In this document: positions 29,820 to 40,266 of the stretch, in pieces
How positions within the stretch are numbered: position 1 is the first letter of the stretch
How the letters are laid out: the number at the start of each line of letters is the position of its first letter
Assembly: GCA_963702205.1 (NCBI GenBank)
Contig: OY969724.1
Location: 992,001-1,056,000, forward strand
Source of the DNA: an uncultured candidate division Zixibacteria bacterium
Lineage (GTDB): Bacteria; Zixibacteria; MSB-5A5; GN15; PGXB01
DNA length: 64,000 bases
Direction of reading: 5' to 3'
Program-made: the position numbers and the translations under genes
The notes under the pieces: model-generated
Database searches by the model: none
What the model saw: the letters and a program-made list of their open reading frames with translations, nothing else
What the model was told of the DNA's origin: nothing

Positions 29820-31367
29820 TTATCCCTCTATTTCCCCGACTGGCTCGGGCGCTCCCGACGGTGGCAATATTATGGTAAACATCGTGCCCTGACCGATATT
29901 GCTTTGCACCATAAGCTGGCCGTGGTGCTTCCGTATGATACCATAACTTACCGACAAACCCAGGCCGGTGCCTTTGCCGACCTCTTTGGTCGTAAAAAAC
30001 GGGTCGAATATTTTGTCCAGATTGTCCGCCGGGATTCCAACGCCGGAGTCTTTGACGTCGATTTTGACATTCCCGTTTTCAATATAGCTTTTCACCGTCA
30101 GCGTCCCGCCGTCCGGCATAGCCTGTATGGCATTGAGAAACAGGTTCAAAAACACCTGTTGCAGGTTATGGATGCTGCCCATCACGCGAGGCAGATTATC
30201 GCCCAGGTTAAGGTCCAGCTTTATTTTATTCAGATTTATTTCATTGCTCATAAGATTCACGGTGCGGGTTATTACTTCGTTGATCGATGTTTCCTCGAAA
30301 GACGATTCATCCCTTCTGGTGAAATCGAGCAGGTTCGCGACCGTGGCTCCGGCCCGCTCGACCTGGGTCGCGATAGTATTGAGCATCTTGAGCTTTTCCT
30401 CTTTCGGCCAGTCATCGAATTCGTCGATCAGCGCCTCGACCGTAAGGCCGATGTTATTGAGCGGGTTGTTCAGTTCGTGGGCAATACCGGCAGTGAGGTT
30501 ACCGATGGCCGCCATCTTGCGCGATTGTATGAGCTGGTCCTCGTGCCGTTTGATCTCCAAGAGCATGTGATTCAAGGCGATAGCAAGGTTGGTAAATTCG
30601 TCGCGGTATTTTCGGAAGGGCAGGATCAGCGAAAAATCTCCGGCCGCTATCCGCCGCGTGTAGCCCTCAAAGCGCCCGAACGGACGGATTATCTGCCGGG
30701 CGATAAACGCCGCTATAAACGCCACGAATATCAGGATTAGAACCAATGCCGCGATAGCTATGACCATCGACGTTCTCAGCCAGACGCGTATGCGCGAGCG
30801 TTCCTGATCGACGACGTTGGACGCTTCGGTGACTATCTGGGCTCCGAACTGACGCAGTTCGGATTCAAGAACCAGTCTTTCCTTCGACGATGTACTATCG
30901 TGGTTGCTGCCCAATGCGCCCAACTTCTCCAGAGTTTCGCGGTACCGCACCATGTTATACTTCATGCGCTCATACGCCGAATCCCCTATGACCCGGAGCA
31001 TTTCGTCGCGCGAGTCTTCTAATAAATTTTCCGCGGTCTGGACGTTGTTAAGGGCATCATAAAGATTGGTTCCGTACAGAAACCAGTTTTTCTCGAACCG
31101 TCGGGCCTGCTGAATCTCGAATTCGATATTGCCGGCGCGTTCCAAAAGCCTTTGGCGGCTGGCGATGTTGGAAATAAATACCATGGCCGCGATGGTAATG
31201 CAGCAGGTAAGAACGAAAGTGACCAGAAAGCCGGCCGCAATGCGCACCCGGATGCTTATTCTCGGGCGGTGGATAAGAGCGTCCTGCGCGTTTTTCGCCT
31301 GTTCCTCGGTAAACCTCATGGCCCGGGGATTGCCCGAATCGCCGTTACTCCCAACCCGGTCTACCAT
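29820..31367 (-). CDS. Membrane sensor histidine kinase (HAMP, HisKA, HATPase); start uncertain
   Basis: Two TMs, [38 protein letters not shown]. Confidence 0.92.
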   Translation of the reverse strand: MVDRVGSNGDSGNPRAMRFTEEQAKNAQDALIHRPRISIRVRIAAGFLVTFVLTCCITIAAMVFISNIASRQRLLERAGNIEFEIQQARRFEKNWFLYGTNLYDALNNVQTAENLLEDSRDEMLRVIGDSAYERMKYNMVRYRETLEKLGALGSNHDSTSSKERLVLESELRQFGAQIVTEASNVVDQERSRIRVWLRTSMVIAIAALVLILIFVAFIAAFIARQIIRPFGRFEGYTRRIAAGDFSLILPFRKYRDEFTNLAIALNHMLLEIKRHEDQLIQSRKMAAIGNLTAGIAHELNNPLNNIGLTVEALIDEFDDWPKEEKLKMLNTIATQVERAGATVANLLDFTRRDESSFEETSINEVITRTVNLMSNEINLNKIKLDLNLGDNLPRVMGSIHNLQQVFLNLFLNAIQAMPDGGTLTVKSYIENGNVKIDVKDSGVGIPADNLDKIFDPFFTTKEVGKGTGLGLSVSYGIIRKHHGQLMVQSNIGQGTMFTIILPPSGAPEPVGEIEG

Positions 31368-31730
31368 CTTTGCACCATGCCCTCGCAACCCATAGACTTT
31401 GCTCGTCCTGCACGGGAAACAGAAGTCGCGCCCGTAACGACATGCGCCCCGGTCGAATTATATGCACTCTCCCAAGAATGCTAAACATCAGTGAAGCTCC
31501 GGAACTCGGCTCGTCGGGGTCGGGTTCCTTGGCCAACCCTGCCTGTCTCCGGGCATAATGAGCAGGCTAATATGTGAAACTATGGCGAATTGCGGACCTT
31601 GTCAACCAATTTCTAAATCTGCGGAATAATATATGTCGCAACGAATTAAGATAGACAGACGAATCACCGGCCAGGCATCCGAAAAGAATTCCCTTAAAGT
31701 TCCCTTTTGTTTGTTCCGAATTTTAATACT

Positions 31731-31884
31731 ATGAGGAAATTTATAACCACAGCTATGACTATTCTCGGAAGCTGGCTCGGCTGGTGGCTCGGCTATCATA
31801 TCGGGCTGATGACCGCCGTCATATTGAGCGCGGTTGGCACCGGCGCAGGAAATGTACATCGGCCGCCGCTATCTGCAATTCTGA
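31731..31884 (+). CDS. Small Gly-rich membrane protein (about 50 aa), frameshifted by a 1-nt insertion at ~31850-31852
   Basis: MRKFITTAMTILGSWLGWWLGYHIGLMTAVILSAVGTGAG; removing one A gives ...GMYIGRRYLQF*, a clean two-helix glycine-zipper protein. Confidence 0.5.
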
Positions 31885-32159
31885 TATCTATCATCACACT
31901 AAAAGCCGCCAAACGATATTTGATCGGCATGTCCGAATTTTTATTCTTGACAAAAAAGACCCGCTTAATTTTCTTTGAGCCCGAGTGCAGGGATAAGCCT
32001 CTCATACAAATGAGTTCGCGATAGTATCATTAACACCTATTGAGGCGGGAACGGTACGGCAGCGCGGCACCATTGTTGTCCGGCACTCCAAGCGTCCGGG
32101 ATACATTACCCCTTCGTGTTGCGGGGTGATTGGTACGAATATTCGTGGGGAGGTTGAGA

Positions 32160-32615
32160 GTGAGCCAGACGACCGATACATCACGACGCTCTTTTCTTGA
32201 CAGGCTGCTTCAGGGTGGGCTTGTCGCTCTCATCGCGGCGGTATTTTATCCGGTGATAAAGTTCATGATTCCTCCCAAAGCCGGTGAGGTCAATGTATCG
32301 CAGGTTAAACTCGGGTTCACCCGAACCGACATTGAGGAAGCCCCTCAAAAATCCAGGACTTTCAAATTTGGCAACATACTCGGCATAATACTAATCACGC
32401 CCGAGGGCAAGCTGAAGGCTCTTACGGCCACCTGCACTCACCTCAGCTGCACCGTCCAATATCGACCGGACTGGGGTGTCATCTGGTGCGCCTGCCATAA
32501 CGGACGGTACGATCTCAACGGTAACAACATTTCCGGACCCCCTCCCCGGCCGCTGACCCAGTTCGCGGTTAACGAAGTCGGCCAGGACATCTTTATTTCT
32601 CGTGAGAAGAGTTGA
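32160..32615 (+). CDS. Rieske [2Fe-2S] subunit of a Rieske/cytochrome b complex
   Basis: Tat motif SRRSFL, CTHLSC and WCACH, GPPPRPL; GGGAGG before the GTG. Confidence 0.93.
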   Translation: MSQTTDTSRRSFLDRLLQGGLVALIAAVFYPVIKFMIPPKAGEVNVSQVKLGFTRTDIEEAPQKSRTFKFGNILGIILITPEGKLKALTATCTHLSCTVQYRPDWGVIWCACHNGRYDLNGNNISGPPPRPLTQFAVNEVGQDIFISREKS

Positions 32616-33742
32616 TGGAGGGACCTGCCCAACAAAAGACCGAAAGCGGTGGAAGCCGTCTTTATGAATGGATCAACCGGCGTGTCAAACTCGATGAGCT
32701 CGTTAAATACATGAGCGGGAAGGTCGTGCCGAAGCACGGCCATTCGGCGTTTTATTATCTCGGCGGCCTTACGCTTTTTCTCTTTCTCGTCCAGATCGCC
32801 ACGGGAATTCTGCTTTTGATGTACTATCGGCCCGGGTCGGAAACGGCCTATGAGTCGGTGAGGTTCATCGTGTCCGACGTCAGCTTCGGCTGGCTGATCC
32901 GCGCCATTCATTCCTGGTCGGCCAACCTGTTGATACTCGTGGCGTTTCTGCACATGTTCACGGTTTATTTCACCCAGGCCTATCGCCGTCCCCGTGAAAT
33001 GACCTGGTTTACCGGTGTCGGGCTTTTGGCCGTAGCGCTGGCTTTCGGGTTTTCCGGCTACCTGCTGCCCTTTAACCAGCTTTCGTTCTTCGCCACGCGG
33101 GTCGGGACGGCCATGGCCGGGTCGATACCGGTCGTGGGCGATCTGCTCGTTAGAGTCATGCGGGGAGGAGAAGAAGTTACCGGCGCCACGATCAGCCGCT
33201 TTTTCGGACTGCACGTGGCGATATTACCCGCCGTTTTCACCGGGCTTCTGACGGCACATTTGCTTTTGGTGCAACGCCAGGGAATGAGCGAACCGGTGGA
33301 ATGGTCGGCGCTGCCGGCCGAGCGCAAAAAATACACGAAGTTCTTCCCGAACTTTTTATATAGGGATCTTCTGGTCTGGTTGATCGCACTAAATGTGCTG
33401 GCGCTTCTGGCGGTTTTATTCCCCGACGGGATCGGTATCGTGCACTGGCCGCTCGGAGAAAAAGCCGATGCCTTCGCGCCTCCGCCGGCTTCGATTCGAC
33501 CGGAATGGTATTTCATATTCGCCTTCCAGGCCCTTAAATTCTTACCGGCGCACGTCTGGTTTCTCGAAGGGGAACTGGCCGGGATGATCGTCTTCGCCGT
33601 CGGCGGTGGTTTCTGGGTGCTGGTGCCGTTTCTCGACCGCTCTTCCCATCAGGGACGGCGACCGACCGGCTTTTTAATTTTCGGGGCCATCGTAGTGGCG
33701 TTTATCGTAATCATGACCATACTCGGCTATACTCTGGAGTGA
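32615..33742 (+). CDS. Cytochrome b (b6 and subunit IV fused)
   Basis: WLIRAIHSWSA, FLHM, FFGLHV, AHL, RPEWYF; TGATG overlap with the Rieske gene. Confidence 0.93.
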   Translation: MEGPAQQKTESGGSRLYEWINRRVKLDELVKYMSGKVVPKHGHSAFYYLGGLTLFLFLVQIATGILLLMYYRPGSETAYESVRFIVSDVSFGWLIRAIHSWSANLLILVAFLHMFTVYFTQAYRRPREMTWFTGVGLLAVALAFGFSGYLLPFNQLSFFATRVGTAMAGSIPVVGDLLVRVMRGGEEVTGATISRFFGLHVAILPAVFTGLLTAHLLLVQRQGMSEPVEWSALPAERKKYTKFFPNFLYRDLLVWLIALNVLALLAVLFPDGIGIVHWPLGEKADAFAPPPASIRPEWYFIFAFQALKFLPAHVWFLEGELAGMIVFAVGGGFWVLVPFLDRSSHQGRRPTGFLIFGAIVVAFIVIMTILGYTLE

Positions 33743-34986
33743 TGATGAAGTTTTTGCTGGTATTCATATTACTATTACTTGTGTTTCCGATGGTCCATGC
33801 CCAGGAACCGCCGGTGGATAACTGCTATAACTGCCACAAGCAATGGGAAGACGAGAACGGTCCCTCGCAGACTTTCGAGCGCGACGCCCACTATCAAAGG
33901 GGAATCGGCTGCTATGGATGCCACGGGGGCGATCCGACCCTCGACGATATGGATGACGTCCGTAAATCCAAAGGATTCGTGGGTGTTCCGGATACCGCTG
34001 ATATCCCCGAATTCTGCGCCCGGTGTCATGCCAACCCAACCTATATGAGGGCCCACAATCCCGCTCTGCCCACCGATCAACTCGATAAATACAAAGTCTC
34101 CATCCACGGCCAGCGTCTTTTTAAGGACAAAGATACGAAAGTCGCTACCTGTGTGTCCTGTCACACCGCTCACAATATCGCCGACGCCAAACTGCCGTAT
34201 GCTTCAACTTACAAAAAGAACCTGCCGTATACCTGTGGTTCCTGCCACGCCGACACGGCTTATATGAAGCCGTACCATATTCCGACCGATCAGCTGGAGG
34301 GCTATGTTGGCTCCGTCCACGGTGTTGCTCTCTTGCAGCACGACGACCTCGGTGCCCCGGCCTGTAACGATTGCCACGGCAATCACGGCGCTGCCCCGCC
34401 GGGAGTGACTTCGTTGGCGGCGGTGTGTGGCGTGTGCCACGCGGTTGAGGCTGAGTTGTATGACGAGTCACCCCACATGGAAGCGTTCGAAGAAGCCGGT
34501 TTCCCGATGTGCGAGACCTGCCACTCCAACCACGCCATAAAGAAACCTTCGGATTCGATGATCGGTCTGGGTGACGCGGCGGTTTGTAGTCAATGCCATT
34601 ATGCCGACGACGGGACGAAAGCGCCGGAGACGATCAGCACAATACGAGCGGGTTTGAACAACCTGATCAATGCCGAGGATTCCGCCAAGGCCCTTTTGGC
34701 GAACGTCCGGCACAAGGGCATGATGACGACCGATATCGAATTTCTTATAAAAGACGTCAATCAGGCGCTTATTCAATCCCGGACCCATATCCACGCCTTT
34801 AATGCCGATTCGGTTATGCCGAAGGTTGAGGTCGGTTTGCAGGATGCCGAAAAGGCCAAAAATGACGCGCTGTCGTCAATAAACGAATATTATTTCCGTC
34901 GCAAAGGGCTGGTAGTTTCCACGGTTATCATTACTTTACTGGTTATCATGCTGTACATAAAAATTCGACGCACCGAAAAACCCTGA
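33742..34986 (+). CDS. Multiheme cytochrome c (9 CxxCH) with C-terminal membrane anchor
   Basis: CYNCH, CYGCH, CARCH, CVSCH, CGSCH, CNDCH, CGVCH, CETCH, CSQCH; signal peptide; C-terminal TM. Confidence 0.93.
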   Translation: MMKFLLVFILLLLVFPMVHAQEPPVDNCYNCHKQWEDENGPSQTFERDAHYQRGIGCYGCHGGDPTLDDMDDVRKSKGFVGVPDTADIPEFCARCHANPTYMRAHNPALPTDQLDKYKVSIHGQRLFKDKDTKVATCVSCHTAHNIADAKLPYASTYKKNLPYTCGSCHADTAYMKPYHIPTDQLEGYVGSVHGVALLQHDDLGAPACNDCHGNHGAAPPGVTSLAAVCGVCHAVEAELYDESPHMEAFEEAGFPMCETCHSNHAIKKPSDSMIGLGDAAVCSQCHYADDGTKAPETISTIRAGLNNLINAEDSAKALLANVRHKGMMTTDIEFLIKDVNQALIQSRTHIHAFNADSVMPKVEVGLQDAEKAKNDALSSINEYYFRRKGLVVSTVIITLLVIMLYIKIRRTEKP

Positions 34987-35192
34987 TTTAAGACATTTCT
35001 TTTCAAAAAATAACAATTCATCCGCAGGCATTTTTGGCACGGGTCAACGATTCCAATAGCAGACCCGTATAGTCTATATTATATTTGGAAATCTTAATAG
35101 GTAAAGTTAATCCGTCCAGCGATGGCGGGTCCCGTCATTTTTATTTGCGTTGGATTTGTGGAACAAAGACAAAACAATCACAAGGAGGTTTG

Positions 35193-36287
35193 ATGTTGAA
35201 ACAGCTAATTTTTTCGCTGAGTCTGCTTTTGGTTATAAGTGCGTCCGCGTTCGGCCAGATTACGATATCCACCAATGACTTTATGCCGGCTCCCGGCACC
35301 TCAATCCAATATCCCACCGATATTATGATGGATGGAACTTTTTTTAATTCTCTTCGCGCCGGTTCGGGCGGACCGACGGTCTGGGATTTTTCTTCACGGT
35401 TCTACAGCACCGGCTCAACCGCTTATTCCCTGGCGCTGGGTGATACCCCGGCCATCGACAGCTTTCCCGAGGCCAACCTGGTCACGATGATTCCCTCGGC
35501 GACCGATACTTCGTGGATCATATATAAATCGACGTCGACTGAATTCACACAACTTGGGACCGTGTCGCACGTCTTGGGGATGGAATATCCTCTTATGTAC
35601 TATGATATCGCTCCGGACTGGGTATTTCCAGTCAGTTACAACGATACCTGGATTTCGTTTCGCCATTGGTCTTCATATAGCACCGACTCCTATCAGCTAT
35701 CATTCGACACGACCGTCCACACGGTCGATGCCTGGGGCACCGCGAAATACAAAACCAATTCTATTCCCTGCCTGCGCGTTATAGACGAAAAACGAGTTAC
35801 GGTCAATACCTATGACAATTCCGACCATTTGCTTGGAAGCACCACCCAGGATGTGACAATGATTTCTTTTGTAACGACTGGTTTTGATATCCTCGCATCG
35901 GCAACAAAATTGACATTTGGGTCATTTGACAGCTATTCATCCACGGTTACAGGTCATTTCATCGACGTGACTTCGGACGTGGAGGACGAAAACACTGGCA
36001 CCCTTCCCACGGGCTTCAGTTTATCGCAAAATTACCCCAACCCGTTCAATCCCGATACGAAAATGAGCCTGAGCGTGCCCGAACGGTCTCATGTCAAACT
36101 TACGGTTTACGATGTACTGGGCCGTGAAGTGGCCACGATTGTCGATAAAGTCTTACCGGCAGGATCGTACACCGCCACCTGGGATGGCAAAAACCGCTCC
36201 GGGGAGCAGGTCGCCTCCGGCATTTATTTCTATAATTTGATCACCGATCAGTACCGCACGACCAGAAAGATGGTATTACTGAAGTAA
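35193..36287 (+). CDS. Secreted protein with FlgD-Ig/T9SS-type C-terminal domain
   Basis: AAGGAGG RBS, signal peptide, LSQNYPNPFNP...WDG...SGIYFY...RKMVLLK. Confidence 0.85.
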   Translation: MLKQLIFSLSLLLVISASAFGQITISTNDFMPAPGTSIQYPTDIMMDGTFFNSLRAGSGGPTVWDFSSRFYSTGSTAYSLALGDTPAIDSFPEANLVTMIPSATDTSWIIYKSTSTEFTQLGTVSHVLGMEYPLMYYDIAPDWVFPVSYNDTWISFRHWSSYSTDSYQLSFDTTVHTVDAWGTAKYKTNSIPCLRVIDEKRVTVNTYDNSDHLLGSTTQDVTMISFVTTGFDILASATKLTFGSFDSYSSTVTGHFIDVTSDVEDENTGTLPTGFSLSQNYPNPFNPDTKMSLSVPERSHVKLTVYDVLGREVATIVDKVLPAGSYTATWDGKNRSGEQVASGIYFYNLITDQYRTTRKMVLLK

Positions 36288-36308
36288 TGCTCTCCCGAAT
36301 AGGGGGGA

Positions 36309-38433
36309 TTATAATATGTCCGGCTTGGACCCGCCGTTTTCTCCGTCGGGGTTTTCATCATCGGCAGCGTCGTTCGATGGCCCGGGCTTTTCATCCGACG
36401 TCGGCTTATCCGCGTTAGTATCCGGCTGATCCGAGGCGTCGGATTCCATAGCCTTTTCGTCTTCCGCTTTTTCTCCTGCAAATTTGTCCGCTTGATCGAG
36501 GCTTTCTTTTTCCAATTCCGCCAGGGCCGGATCATCGGCGTGTTCATCACGATACATCTCCAGCGGCATTTTGCCGGTGTACCACGACGGATTGTTGGGA
36601 TAGACCGGTGGATTGAAAATAGTCGAATAAAAATGCCAGATAAGAATAGCCAGACCCGCGAGTATGGCTTCATAGAAATGTATTACCAGCATAACCCCCA
36701 GCGCGCCGACTTTCAGCATGTTCTCGGTTAAGGTCCCGAACCAGAGCGCGACGCCGGTGACGGTCATGACCACGGTCCCCCACGCCAGCGCCCAGTATTC
36801 GGCTTTTTCGATATAGCTGAATCGTCCGAATTTGGGCGGCTCCTCGCGCAGGCCGAGATCGTAAGCCATGGTCTGGAAGAACTGACGAAAATCTTTTATG
36901 GACGGGAAGATATCGCGCATAAACTGCCGCCCTCGACGGCCGGTCAGGAATAAGATGTGCCATACGGCAGTGAACATGAACAATCCCGCCGCGACCAGGT
37001 GAATGGCCCGGCGAAAGACGAATCCGCCCGGCCAGCCGAACAGAAACCGAGCCCACCATGAACCCGAATAGTGGAAGGCGAACCCGGTAATCGCCAGAAC
37101 CGTGAACGTGACCATGAGCATGGTGTGTTGAAACAGCTCATTACGTGTCATCCGTACTATCTGCCTGCCCTGGTTGATGACTTTAATGCGCTTGCGAAGG
37201 TTGATCAGCCAGTGAATAACCATCAAGCCGATGATTACGATGATCGCCACGATATAAATGGCGCGAAACATCCGGGCCGTCTTATTGAGAAAAACACCTT
37301 TGGTCTTATGAATTTCAATGCTCGCCAGTTCCGGCGATATGCTGGGATGACATTTCGAGCAGGTCGACTGCACGTTGGCCGGGGCGATCGACGAAGCCGA
37401 ATCGGTAACCGGCAGGATCAAATGCGAACGGTGGCACGATGAGCAGTTGGCGACACCGGGGTCACCGTCGGTGCTTTTAAGTCCGTGATAGCTGTGCTGC
37501 CACGATTTCATGATATTGGTCGGAAGGCCGTACTTAATATTAAGCTGCTCCTGGTCGTGGCACGGACCACAGACGGTCAGCGACAGGCGGGTAGGACTTA
37601 CCCGCGACCGGGGATCGTGGACCGGAAGAATATCGTGAGAGCCGTGGCAGTCGACACAAACCGGCGTGTCGGTCTCTCCGCGTGTGGCGGCTTGTCCGTG
37701 CACCCCCTGCTCGGTACTCGGCCTCGATTTGCCGGTGACATTTTCCACACGTCTTCGAGATATTAAAATGATATATCGACGACTGAGGATATACCGGCGC
37801 CATAATGGAATGCGCGGTGCCCTCGAGCGAATGACAGTCGATGCAGGTTGCCACCAGACCGCTGCTGTCGGGTCGCATCCTGGCATGCACGCTGGTTTTA
37901 TAAATTTCCACGGGGGTGATCATCGGAATATGGTACGACCCGACGACGGCCTTGTCTTCGTGACATCGTCCGCAGGTCGTGGGAAGATTCACCGGATTAA
38001 CGGTGGAATGCGGATCCGACGGTGCCAGGATGTTGTGTTTACTATGACAATCGTAACAATCGGGAAAGAATTTCCCCGGGACTTCCTTGTTGAAACCGTG
38101 GTACTGATATGACGCCGCAACGTCCGAATGGCAGTTGCCGCAATTGACCGGCGGCATGTGGTCGGGGTGAGGTATGGATGTCGCCTGCGTATGACAGTCG
38201 GTGCAGTCGAATACGCCGTGAATTGAACTATCGAAAACGGTGCTGTCGACATAAAGCGATATTGTTTTTTCGGTCGAATCGGTCGTGCTGAAGTTTGCGT
38301 CACCGTGGCAGTCAAAGCACTGAGCCGCCACAAAATGAGGCAGCAGCAGAGATGCCAATATCAGTATAAAATTCAACCGTCCCATTGAGCTGATTTGCCT
38401 TTTTCCTCGCACGCTAATTTGCGGTATATGCAT
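36309..38433 (-). CDS. 11-heme cytochrome c fused to an FdnI-like cytochrome b (CbcL-like), split by a 1-nt insertion at 37713/37714
   Basis: 7 CxxCH in ORF 37540..38433 and 4 in ORF 36309..37886. Removing one C joins CGKCHRQIEAEY to EQGVHG. C-terminal TM helices carry His ligands and FSYIEKAEYWA. Confidence 0.85.
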
Positions 38434-38693
38434 AATTCATACTCCCGATCATTTAGCCGTGGCAAAAAACGTGCATTTGTCAGGCGCGATGAACTTGCAA
38501 TGAACAAAACGCGTCGTGACTTCGGACGGGCCAATAATGCAAGTGAATCAAATCTACCGGTCAGCTAATGCAGCCGCAAGGTTTTTTATTTTTGAGACAC
38601 TTGGCTATTTACAATTGCGTTATTAGATGTAATTCTCCATATTAATGGTGGCATAAATTCGTTTCGAGACACTTTTGCGTTGGGAGGTTTCTT

Positions 38694-39779
38694 ATGAGGA
38701 TATCGAGTTTTTTAATCTTAACCACAATCTGCATTTTAATGCTCGTCAGTTTATTAACCGGGGGATGTTCCGACGATGATAAATCGACAGCGGCGATGGG
38801 CGAGTGGAAATGGTCGGCGCTGGGAACCGGGCTGGACAATCAACCCTGGGCGGCCGTCACATACAATAATAAACTGATTGTTGGTGGTGAATTTGGAAAC
38901 GCCGGAGAAGCAAGTGCCGGTCATATTGCAGCATGGGATGGTTCCGGGTGGACTGCGCTGGGGTCGGGATTAAACGGCAGCTGCAATAACCTGGCCGTCT
39001 ATGACAATAAGCTCATTGCCGGGGCCAGTTTTACGGATGCTGGCGGAGTTCAGGTGGACCGTATTGCCGCGTGGGACGGTTTGTCGTGGGCGGCACTTAC
39101 CGGCGGTGGCGTGGATGACGCCGTTCTGGCTCTTACCGTTTATGACAATAAACTGATTGTCGGTGGAATCTTTTCCAATGCCGGTGCGGTAAGCGTTCAC
39201 GGTGTAGCGACGTGGGACGGTTCAACCTGGGCTGCGCTCGGGACGGGAATAGAGGGCAGGTTTGAAGCTTTTGCCGTCAATGATAATATACTGTATGCCG
39301 CGGGAGATATCAGTCTCGGAGGCAGCCCGAGTGCAAGACGTGTTGTAATGTGGGATGGTTCGTCATGGACGGCTCTCGGAGATGCGATGAACGGTACTAT
39401 TGACGCCATGACTTATTTTGACGGGCATCTTGTTATTGGCGGCGGGTTTACTACGGCCGGAGGCGTGAGCGCCGATCATATCGCCGTCTGGGATGGCTCG
39501 ACCTGGGCTCAACTCGGATCGGGTTTGAGTGACGCCGTCCTGGATCTCATCGTCTTTGATAGCAAGCTGATTGCCGGGGGATGGTTCGGGTCGGCCGGCA
39601 GCACAAGTACAAGCCATGTGGCGACCTGGGACGGTTCCTCATGGACACAGCTCGGGAGCGGCATCACTGGCAGCGTTAATGCCTTTACGATTTTCAATAA
39701 CGATTTGATTGTATCCGGATATTTCTCAATGGCGGGCGACGTGGAAGCCAATTATATCGCGGCCTGGGGCCTTCGGTGA
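38694..39779 (+). CDS. Lipoprotein with about 7 WDG-x-x-W-x-x-LG repeats (beta-propeller)
   Basis: Lipobox LTGGC; repeats of ~47 aa (L.VYDNKLI.GG.F..AG......IAAWDG..W..LG.G). Confidence 0.8.
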   Translation: MRISSFLILTTICILMLVSLLTGGCSDDDKSTAAMGEWKWSALGTGLDNQPWAAVTYNNKLIVGGEFGNAGEASAGHIAAWDGSGWTALGSGLNGSCNNLAVYDNKLIAGASFTDAGGVQVDRIAAWDGLSWAALTGGGVDDAVLALTVYDNKLIVGGIFSNAGAVSVHGVATWDGSTWAALGTGIEGRFEAFAVNDNILYAAGDISLGGSPSARRVVMWDGSSWTALGDAMNGTIDAMTYFDGHLVIGGGFTTAGGVSADHIAVWDGSTWAQLGSGLSDAVLDLIVFDSKLIAGGWFGSAGSTSTSHVATWDGSSWTQLGSGITGSVNAFTIFNNDLIVSGYFSMAGDVEANYIAAWGLR

Positions 39780-39840
39780 TATAATCTTTAGCCCGGACGG
39801 ATGTACTTTTAGCACGAATCTGCTGATTATTTAATAAGTA

Positions 39841-40266
39841 TCATTTTCTTATCCGGACGACGTCACCCGCACGCAGGCGATACAGATAGACGCCGGTGGA
39901 AACCGATTTGCCGTTATCGTCGATTCCCTTCCATCCGATTCGGTATGTACCGGCCGCTTTGGATTCATCCACCAATGATCGTACCTTTTGACCGAGCACG
40001 TTGAAGATATCGATCGTCACGTGTTCGCGATGTGAGAGCTCGAACTCGATAGTCGTGGTCGGGTTAAAAGGATTCGGATAGTTTTGCCCGAGGGCAAAGC
40101 TCGACGGAAGGTTGTCGCCGCCCGACGGTTCATCGGCGTCGGTCGTATAGTCGGTGCTGAACGCGGCATAAACGCCGGGTTTTGTGATGGAAGCACCCAC
40201 CCGGGCGGGAAGAAATAATTGAAATGGCAGCATACCCGCCAACAGAATTTTAACAAAAAATCTCAT
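39841..40266 (-). CDS. Short protein consisting almost only of a signal peptide and a FlgD-Ig/T9SS-type CTD; C-terminus damaged (possible remnant)
   Basis: LGQNYPNPFNPTT...STGVYLYRL; stops at RK, before the usual M-x-L-L-K tail. Confidence 0.6.
   Translation of the reverse strand: MRFFVKILLAGMLPFQLFLPARVGASITKPGVYAAFSTDYTTDADEPSGGDNLPSSFALGQNYPNPFNPTTTIEFELSHREHVTIDIFNVLGQKVRSLVDESKAAGTYRIGWKGIDDNGKSVSTGVYLYRLRAGDVVRIRK

Noticed and set aside
39826..39843. Second in-frame TGA followed by YLLK* as possible selenocysteine
   Set aside because: The position corresponds to the Met of RKM-x-LLK; there is no Cys context and no hairpin. More likely mutation or decay.
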